Source of the DNA: Schmidtea polychroa
Taxonomy: Eukaryota
NCBI GenBank assembly: GCA_044892525.1
Contig: CM097885.1
Span: forward strand, 238,578,001-238,642,000
Direction of reading: 5' to 3'
Length of the DNA: 64,000 nt
This document shows positions 54,901 through 64,000 of this stretch, in pieces. The position numbers and the translations under genes were made by a program. Below the pieces are notes generated by a model that was not told the origin of the DNA, did no database searches, and worked only from the letters and a program-made list of their open reading frames with translations. Position 1 is the first letter of the stretch. Each line of letters opens with the position of its first letter.

Positions 54901-56399
54901 TTGACGTGCCCAGCAATTTTAATATTATTCCAGAAAGTTCATAAAAATGGCGACATCCATCATAAATGCCATCATAAATGCCACAAAAGTTGATAAAAGT
55001 GAACTAATTAGTTTTAAAAAAATAAAAATTAGAAAAAAAGAATTTAGAAAAACATTATTAAAATAAAAATAAAAAATAAAAAAACTTTAATTTAATATGG
55101 AATGTTCTGGAATTGCCCAAATCCATCATGGAGGCAACTTTAACAAAAAATAATTAAAAAATAAAAATAAAAATTATGGCACTAAAATTGCGATTAAAAT
55201 CATCAAAAATGGAAAATAGAAAATTCTAGAATAAAAAGAATTCGAGTTTGTTTTAATGCATCAATACATACACGTGTACTTGCACACACAAAAATAGGTA
55301 TATATACCAACGCATTTCAGTTACAAAAACACTCTTTATGCCAAATTTATTTTTGTTCGAACATTCTATTTGAAGAAGATCTTAAAAAGTCATTAGTAAG
55401 CCTGTTTGATTTCATATATGTATTTTAATGATAACCTTTCTTTTAATTATATTTTATGCTAACTTCTAATTGTTTATTGTTTTCGTTTTATGTAAGAGTG
55501 TTCAGAGACACATGGATTTATCTGCGTCTCTGATCAGTCATGCATTCAACCTTATCTAAAATCAATTCTGGTTATTTCACTTTCAGACATGCATTATCCT
55601 TATTATAAATATTTTTTCCTTTGAGTCATCGGAGGCCGTCCACTTCATGGTTCTGCCAGGGAGTTGTGTCGATAAAATCCCTCCGCTATGACACTATTTA
55701 CTTATTATAGGTCGACAGCGGATTGTTGACTCCATACAACAGTAAGGCTTGTCGTAGCGGTCACAGTGGGGCCGTGTAAGCAGCACTCTTCCCGAATTAA
55801 ACGCAGCACACAATCAAACTCTACATTAAAACTCTATACAATAGGTTACACTAGGACTGAAATTGAGTAGACCTCAGACCTAAATTGATCACAGTTCTAC
55901 AATTCACAATTAATGTAGACGGTTAAATTTCGTAGAAATAAATCTATCTATACGGTTGTCGAAGCTAGATTCGTAAATGAACGTACCAATAATGAGGTAA
56001 ACGAAAGAAATTTTTTTTAAGTAACTTAAGAGTGATAAAATGGTTCGACATACGTATCGATAGAATTCATTTATGAATTGAAAAGATCTCTAAATTAATC
56101 ATATAAAACTCTAAATTATAAATTTCTCAAGAATATAAATCACAATCTCATAATAATTAAAGGTATAACGGATAAATCTAAATTACTTGTAAAAGTTTAG
56201 TTGTGATCTTAATTTCGTAAAGATGCAAAGCGAGACTAGTTATAAAAACCCCAGGTATAAATAATAAACCTCAGTTCTTAATAAATGTATAATATACAAA
56301 AATATAAAGTATAAGTAAAAATTATAAATTTAATAAAATATAAACTAGAAAGGGTAATTTTATATTATATCCAAAAATATAATTTATATATTCTTATTA

Positions 56400-57100
56400 T
56401 CTTTAAACTATAAAGTATAAATTAGATGAATGATAAATTATAACTCCAATTTGCATATAAAATATAAATTAAGTCTACTTCAGCCATAAATTAGATAAAT
56501 TATAGCTTGAAATTATATATAAAATATAAATTGGAAGTCCACTTTAGTCATAACTATAAAACACAAATTAGATAACTTATAAACTATAACTTGAAATTAT
56601 ATATAAAATATAAATTAAAAGTCTACTTTAATCATAAACTATAAAGTATAAATTAGATAAATTATAAATTATCACTTGAAATTGTATGTAAAATATAAAG
56701 GAAAAGTCTACTTTAATCATAAACTATAAAGTATAAATTAGATGAATGATAAATTATAACTTGAATTGATATATAAAATATAAATCAAAAGTCTACTTGA
56801 ATCATATAGTATAAAGTATAAATTAGATAAATTATAACTTGAAATTATATATAAAATATAAATTGGAAGTCCACTTTAGTCATAACTATAAAGCACAAAT
56901 TAAATAACTTATAAACTATAACTACAAGAACAGTTTAGATAGCTTATAAATTATAACTTGCAATTATATATCTACTCGACCCATAAATCACAACTTGCAT
57001 AAAATATAAACCTTAAGTCTACTTTCATCATATATAACTCGGAATTATATATACAATATAAATTGTAGGTTTATTTTATTCTTACACTACAAAATATAAC
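56400..57100. repeat. AT-rich minisatellite-like array inside the solo LTR
   Basis: Recurring AAAATATAAATT..AAGTC(T/C)ACTTT..TCATAA(A)CTATAAAG..AAATTAGAT units. Confidence 0.75.
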
Positions 57101-58397
57101 TTAGAATTATATGTTGAATTAAAAATTATAAGTCTACTTCATTCAGGTGCCATAATTCAAATCGTAAAATTATAATGTATATTATCCATAAATTGTAACT
57201 TATAATCATCTGTAGAAGTATAAATCGCTGAATTACATTATTCCCAAATTATAGAATATTTTTTGTAACCCCCTAAAATCAGGTAGTCACCAACCCACAT
57301 CTTTTAACTTATCAGAATATATCTTAATTTCATATTTATAAAAATTTAATAAATTAAAGATTTGGTAAAGGATCCCCCCCGATAGCATATAGTTGCTAGC
57401 CATTATCTAAATATCGTAAATCAACTTATCATAAAATGTGTTGAGCTCATATCTAAAACCTAAATTGGAGAAACAACCAAAAGGAAAATCGTAACACCAC
57501 CAATCAGCATCCAAATATCCTAATTGGTTATCATAATATATATATCAGATTTATATTAAATTATAATTTCTATAAATAACCCTTCAAATATCAAATAATC
57601 CTCTACCATCATCTACATACCTTAAATTAGACTATTACAATATTCATTGACTTTATAAGATATATAGAAACCGAAATTTTAAAATTCTTACGAAGCCCCC
57701 CCCCCTACCTGGGTAATCAGTAATTAGCCCAAGTCTGACTGAATAAATTATATTTGCATAGCCCACCAAGTCTAGCAAAATAAGCTTTCGGGAAATTTCA
57801 AGGGCAACTCCAGCTATAGGACAATTTCCGCCGCTACAAAAATATATGCGTCATTGTTGTCACTGGTAGTATTATCATTATTCTCGTTTTAACTAAAAAA
57901 TTTACGCTGCAACGGGTAAGAGCATTGACGTCCCCAGCAATTTTAATATTATCATTAACAACATTACGATGATCTTACATTTACTATTGACCCTGCTGAA
58001 CCAGTGTTATCGACGTCGAAAATCTAGGAAGTCAATCCCACCAAATCAAAGCAAACGGAACGAATTAACTTGAATCTTGAGTTAATACCCATTTATTTTA
58101 GGGTAAGAAAGTTAAACGAAATACCCTAGGAGGGGACATCCAAAATAAAGGGGTTCTGTTCAGCCCAATCGGCTACCTGAAAAAATAACTGAAAAATAAA
58201 ATTGAATATTTTTTAATCGTGGAATAAGCCCTCAAGAACGACCTTGCCGACAAAGAGATATTGGAACTTAAAGTTCGGGTCAATAAAACCCCTCGCCGAC
58301 AGAGCCTTTCCCTGGAGCTGGCAATCACATTAATCAGAAGTTGGCGGTTCGAAATTTTAATAAATAACTTAATTTACTAAATTAGAATATTTACAGG

Positions 58398-59457
58398 TGT
58401 TGAGGTCTGTAAATTAAAATTAAAAATTTAAATAAAATTCAGGATAATAATTCAAATAGAAAGTAAGCGAAGAAAAAAGACAAATAAAAGCGGGATCGCG
58501 CACAGAATCAATAGTAAAGGAAAGTGTGATGGAAACAGTTTTAGAAAATGCCAAAAGCAATTACGAAAGGCAAGAATCCGGAAATCCGAGAAAAATCAAT
58601 AAATGGAAAAATCATCGAAATCGAATGGGAAAAACGGGACAGGTATAGATTAGCTAATGGTCAACAAGATGATGGTTAAGGATTTACCAGAAAATGGTTA
58701 GGAAGGGTCGAAAAACATTCAAATCTATGAAAACAGAAAACGTTAATTAATTAATTAATTGGCTAATGGAAAACCCGAGCTAATGGGAAACCCGAACCAA
58801 TGGAGAACCCGAGAGATAAAGGAAACCCGAGCTGGGTAAACAAGAAGAAAAGAAACAAAAGGAAGATTTGGGCCCATTAGCTTGACACAATGATTAATGG
58901 GAAAAGAGTAAGGAGAAGATAGCGCGCGTAGGAAGACCGGTAGGGCCGTTAATTATCTGGATTCGTTGGACCATTATGGGTGACAGCCAAAGCAAATACG
59001 TAGGAGAAAATGTCAAACGAAAGATTGGCTCGGCAATAACCATTTGTCATCCTGATTTCGAGGAGTATATAAGAAAAGGGAAAATCAGAGAAAATCGACA
59101 TTTTGCCTCAGCTAGGGTTCGAAGAATTAGACTGTAGGAAAAGCTGGTAGACGAATTAGGGAAAGTAGGAAAAAGAAGAAATAGAATTAGGAATACGAAA
59201 AGGTGAAAAGGAATCAAACCAAACAGAAAACGAGGAAAACGTGAATTGAGAGAATCTAAAGGACAAAAAGGTGACTATTATTTGTTTGCAAAGCATCAAC
59301 GCCGAGCGGAGAATCGTATAAAACTTTGATCAGTAATTGTAGCGTGATAATAAATTGTGAACCTGTTGTTTCAATATACGTTGGGTCGTTCATTGTTTTG
59401 ATTTAAAGAACACTAGGAGTCAGAGAGAACCGACTTGAAATAATCCAAAACCAAACA
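58398..59457 (+). mobile_element. Nested 1,060-bp solo LTR of the smaller family
   Basis: TGTTGAGG...CCAAACA with TSD CAGG (58394-58397 / 59458-59461); internal TATATAA. Confidence 0.8.
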
Positions 59458-59785
59458 CAGGCAATAATTAATAAATTAAGATAGTAAAACAATTTTTTTT
59501 TGTTTTTAAAAACCAAATTTTTAAATATTTTATAATTTAGTAGGGGTTATCTTTTAATTACGAATTCATTCACAAATCGATTGTTATTTTTTATCCAATT
59601 TACTATCTAAGTTATCCTTCAACTTACCAGCTAATTTACAATTAATCTTCACTACTAAATTTACTTGAATTTTGATTATGAGCTTACAATTCAACCCACC
59701 AGTATTTCGTGACGTAATTGGACGGACGAACCTTAGAAGATGACCTTTCGGACTTAAACCTTTAACCATACTTATTTAATTAAGA

Positions 59786-60139
59786 ATGTCTCAATCCCAC
59801 AATTACGATGATGACGAGCCAAATCAACAGCTACTCACTCGACTCCGGACCAGATATATCTGGTATAAAATTCACGACTGGAACCGGGATCGAGACTTAG
59901 ACAACTACGGCCCGGTGATCTGCAGTGGGCCCGAGCCCGATGCCCCGTCGTGGGTAAAAACCGAGCCGTATAATAATCAACTGGTTGAGGCCCGTGACCA
60001 AGCACAAATGGCTGTGGAAGTCGCCCAGTGCCGATTACGGAAGATCGAAGCCCAGCTCAAGGCGGAAGAGGCGGGAATCCAGCTGGAAGAGGGCGAGGGC
60101 GAAGACGCGCCCCCGACGGAAGAATCCACTATAGACTAA
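59786..60139 (+). CDS. Homologue of LTR protein A (117 aa; AT-hook tail absent)
   Basis: Ungapped alignment to 6446-6811 (TRLR.RY.W..IH.W...RDLD...GPE.DAP.WVK.EP.NN.L.EARD). Confidence 0.65.
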   Translation: MSQSHNYDDDEPNQQLLTRLRTRYIWYKIHDWNRDRDLDNYGPVICSGPEPDAPSWVKTEPYNNQLVEARDQAQMAVEVAQCRLRKIEAQLKAEEAGIQLEEGEGEDAPPTEESTID

Positions 60140-60418
60140 TTTCAACTTTCAATTTTGATAATGATTTTCATTTTTACTTACTTTAATTGATTTTCTTTGA
60201 TTATGTCTAATCCTTTATTAGTCGCATCTTTTCGATAGCTGAATAAATTATTGTAATATCGAATAGTTGAACTTCATTTTCTTTGCGGTATACCCTTGAG
60301 CTCAGGTGATTGAGAGGTGACCTTACATATTTATTTGAATAGGAATATTGATATTGATTAAATGAATTTTCCCCTCCTTATATATACGGGCTTGAACAAT
60401 TATTTCTTATTTTTTTTA

Positions 60419-60858
60419 ATGTTTAAACTATTCGAAAATTTGCGCAAGGACCGCGAGCAGGCCCAACAACAAGCTGAAGACCTTCGAGTCAGGGTCGAGA
60501 AGCTCAAAGGAAAGTGTCGAAAATTCGAGGGCACTTGGTTTAGTCCGGCGGAAATGAAGAAACGGACTGCCCAGATCCTACAACTCCAGACCCAGACGGA
60601 GCAGGTTCAAATAGTAATCTATGCGCTGAAGCCACAGGTAGTACACAGGAAGTCAAATTGAACGAAAAGTTCATTAATGAAACCACCAAAGCTCAGATTC
60701 GCCCATTGTCCATAGAACTGGCCGAAATCTATCCACCAGCACAGTCAAGTAAACCGAAACGCAAGCGGTTAGGACGAAACACTCGTGAAAAATTGAAAAG
60801 AACCTGGTTGGCGGAACAGGAGCGACTAGAAAAAACCAAATCGACCTCAGCATCCTAA
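60419..60858 (+). pseudogene. Frameshifted homologue of LTR protein B
   Basis: ENLRKDREQAQQQ...GTWFSPA.MKK and QIRPLS.ELA.IYPPAQ..KPKRKRLGRNTREKLKR lie in two frames; 1-nt loss near 60645-60655. Confidence 0.8.
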
Positions 60859-63061
60859 TTGTGACTGAACGTATGGATTTTTAGTAAATTAATGTACAGG
60901 TTGTTGAGACTAGTTGTGATTGAATATATGGATTTTAGTAAATTAACTTATATTATGTTGAGTTTTATGATCGTTAGATGACAGCAAATTTGTATAAGGG
61001 CGTTTGGGAAAACAATTTCAGTAAGGGACCTGAGTAAATCGACACATGCCTTCTAACGGTAGTCCGTGGACCCATAGAGTACCCGAAAATTATAGTGCCG
61101 TTAGTGCGCTCACTTTTTGCGAGTACTCACCCACTTGATACAGTACCAACTTTGATTACTCAACGGGTATCAAGCGGTCAAACAATGTTGTATTTCGGGT
61201 TACGCTGGCAACAGCATTAAAGAATAAAAAGTTGACCATCAGTAACCCACCAGTCATTAGCCCTAAAAAATTTAAATTTTTGTTCTACTCGAAATTTAAA
61301 ATAAATAATTCTATTGAAAGATTAAATTTATCCATCCAATAAAATATATTTCTTCAAATGGTCATATTTTACTGATATTCAACTGATTTAATTTCTAATT
61401 AAAATCACCCGATAAATTTACTCCAATAAAGATTAATTTTCTTTAGTATATGTACAACTTTTTAAGCCAATATTTCTCAACTTTTGTCATTGTCCGCCTA
61501 AATAAAGATAAAATTAATTTAAAGTTGATATCAATCCCAATTATCTCGAAAGATTTCAAATATTTCATTGTCAAAACCAAGTAAATTAGTCAACTCTAAA
61601 CGATTTAATAAAAGCCCTGGATAATTAATGGAAAATTAACAAAACATTGTTCTAAACCAGAAATATAAATTAATTTACTGTGCATTCATCACAACCTAAT
61701 AAAGCGATATAATTTCACACAGGAACTATTATTGATTCACTATTTCCCTTAATGTAATTTCCCTTAAAACATTTCAAATGAGAACATCACACATTCCAAT
61801 ATTCCCACATTAACCAATCTCTCACCAAATAATTTTACCCTCTTTAAACATCCAACCAACTATATCGTCTTTAAAAATCATATATTTCCATTTTAACGGA
61901 ACCCTCACTAAATCCAACCAACTATATCCCTTAATTTCACCCACTTGAGCCCTCTAATGTATCAATTCCCTTAAAACCCATAGAAATTCTTCAAAATATG
62001 AATTTTATTTAATTGTTACAAACACCAAACATTCTTCCATTGAAATAATTTAGTAGCTAAATTCATGTCGAATAGCCCACTAAAAGATCAAAATTCACTA
62101 AAATCAATATTTTCTACAAATATTTCACCACATTTACCATCCAATAACTAACTAGAGATGATAATTTCTTATTGATTGATCAAGTCAATTATAGCAATTA
62201 TAACATGGTATATCTTTCAAACTAAATAACAAATTTCAGTTGTTTCAACTTTACATTTTCGATCTTTAAAAGTTCATCAATGTGTAAATGGAAATATTCT
62301 TAGAAAATATATGAAAAAATTATTTAGTCAAATTCAATATCATTACAAAGTCATCATAAAAATTAAATAATTTATCCTATCACTTGACTATTGTAAATAC
62401 TCTACTTATTAACCTAACTGTCATTAAAAATAATTTTTATTTAAAATTAAATTCAATAACAAGTCAATTAATTAAATTTATCTTAGAATTAACAATAAAA
62501 CCTTAAATTTTTAAATATTTTTTCAATTAACATGAAATTCACAAAAATGATAGAAATTCACTTGAATATTTACTAAATATCGCTAACATCAACTCTAAAA
62601 GATTACCAATGAATGCCTTAATACCAAAATTTGCCTAAATAAAATCATTAAAACTGAAGACCAGTACCCTTACAACCAGTACCCTTGCGACCAATACCTA
62701 TGGGGAGTCAAAAAATCTTATCGGATAAACCCAGAGTATATATAATAAAACGAATTAACAATAAATCCCATCACCCTTAATGCAATCCAATTTCAATTTC
62801 ACTCGCATTCTTCATTTGAAGCCTTTTAATTTCCTTTTTAATTTTATACAACGTCCTTAGCTCTCTAGTTTACCTCTCTATTGATCACTAAAGAGGTTGA
62901 ACATTTTCTAAATTTTCATAAGTTTAACCCGCTGTTGATTTGGTCTATTGCTTCATATAGAAATCCTTTGAGAATAAAAACCTCATTTGTTATTTAATTG
63001 TATTTGTTAAACATTTCCAAAGCATAAAAGAAATACATGCAATACTTTTACAATAATTGGA

Positions 63062-63062
63062 A

Positions 63063-63135
<73 letters not shown>
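63062..63135. repeat. (AAT)n microsatellite
   Basis: Perfect AAT run. Confidence 0.95.
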
Positions 63136-63138
<3 letters not shown>

Positions 63139-63145
63139 TTAAACA

Positions 63146-64000
63146 TTAGATCTGGTCAACCGTAAATGATCGCTGACAAGTAACATTTTCATTAGGAATT
63201 CCACAATCATTTTTTTCAATTTCTGACTTTTTAATATTCATAGAATAAGAATCTGTCATTGAATTGATGTTATTACAGCCATCTTTATTATTAAAAGCTG
63301 ATTTTAAAGAGTAATAATTATTCGTAATGGTATTTTTATTATTAAAAACATAACTCCAATTATAAGATTGATTTTCCAATTCAATTGTTTCATTTTCTGA
63401 ATCATGAATGGGACAACTGTACGAGTTTCCGGTTCCATGAATCGGACAGTCTTCGTGAATAGAGAGCTGACACGAATGGTTATCGGAATCAGAAGTATGA
63501 TTTGAAAATATGCTTTCATTTACCATAAAATTTTTCACAATAGGATTTTCATTACTTTGAATTTGGTTTGAAAATGAATCGATATTAATTTTCTTCCTCT
63601 CAGCATCTTTAGCATCAATAGGCACGTGATTATTCCATTTCAAAAATTCATTATGTCCATCAGTTTTAGAAATAATCTGCAACAAAGGAGACGTAGAAAT
63701 GATATCGGAATTGCAAGTCATTAACACTTTGTCATTAACATACAATAAATCAGATTTCTTTAAAGCCTTAAATTGATTTTCATTAGTCGAACTGTTGCCA
63801 TAGAAACAGTAGATTACAATTCCAACTAGTATAATAAGCGTTATTATTCCACTAGCGACTATAATCAGCAGGAGAATTGTTTGCTGTTTTTTGTAGTCAA
63901 TTAAATTATCTTTATAAGGTATTTTGATGATTAAAGTGTAATTTGATCTCGCTGAACCGACATTGTTAGTCGTTTCACAAACGTAACATCCATCATCTAT
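63146..64000 (-). CDS. 3' end of an Ig-superfamily type I membrane protein (partial; runs off the window)
   Basis: Frame is open from 64000: DDGCYVCETTNNVGSARSNYTLII (Ig F-G strands), TM ILLLIIVASGIITLIILVGIVIYCFY, and a ~215-aa tail with no kinase domain. Confidence 0.8.
   Translation of the reverse strand: MDDGCYVCETTNNVGSARSNYTLIIKIPYKDNLIDYKKQQTILLLIIVASGIITLIILVGIVIYCFYGNSSTNENQFKALKKSDLLYVNDKVLMTCNSDIISTSPLLQIISKTDGHNEFLKWNNHVPIDAKDAERKKINIDSFSNQIQSNENPIVKNFMVNESIFSNHTSDSDNHSCQLSIHEDCPIHGTGNSYSCPIHDSENETIELENQSYNWSYVFNNKNTITNNYYSLKSAFNNKDGCNNINSMTDSYSMNIKKSEIEKNDCGIPNENVTCQRSFTVDQI

Larger units (their letters stand above)
54574..61252 (+). mobile_element. Solo LTR of a diverged subfamily of the giant element (6,679 bp including a nested insertion)
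   Basis: Same termini TGTTGGGCTAGAACTGATTTCTAGACCCAAA...GTAACCCACCA; TSD GTCA (54570-54573 / 61253-61256); homologues of both LTR ORFs. Confidence 0.92.
53591..62698. mobile_element. Non-autonomous TIR DNA transposon (about 2.4 kb net) split by the solo LTR
   Basis: TIRs GGTATTGGTCGCAAGGGTA(T/C)TGGT at 53591 and inverted ending at 62698; TAT on both flanks. Confidence 0.75.

Overview
AT-rich eukaryotic (probably invertebrate) genomic DNA with short-intron host genes and (AAT)n microsatellites. It is dominated by one recently inserted giant Ty3/Gypsy LTR retroelement of 35,849 bp (2739-38587). The element has 5,171-bp near-identical LTRs, TG...CA ends, a TAAT target-site duplication and a tRNA-Pro primer site. 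Its main reading frame (~4,760-4,790 codons, one in-frame TAG) reads Gag with 3 CCHC knuckles, three ubiquitin-like modules around a TRAF/MATH domain, a Bcl-2-like domain, a chuvirus-like envelope glycoprotein placed BEFORE PR-RT-RH-IN, then ankyrin repeats and a second membrane protein. An IAP-type RING ORF lies upstream of gag. Six more same-strand ORFs follow the polyprotein: a full TRAF, a BIR-BIR-RING IAP, three coiled-coil proteins and a type I membrane protein. Their short spacers share TGTA(A/G)ATA motifs and an AG next to each ATG. The LTRs themselves encode two proteins conserved in a diverged solo LTR (54574-61252), and the LTR 3' end is a covarying RNA structure. Size and architecture recall the giant 'Burro' elements reported from the planarian Schmidtea mediterranea (from memory, not verified here). 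The rest of the window holds older LTR relics, nested insertions with recognisable TSDs, DNA-transposon remnants, a PRC1/MAP65 gene, an orphan ORF and the 3' end of an Ig-superfamily membrane protein gene. All domain calls are by-eye motif recognition; no searches were run.
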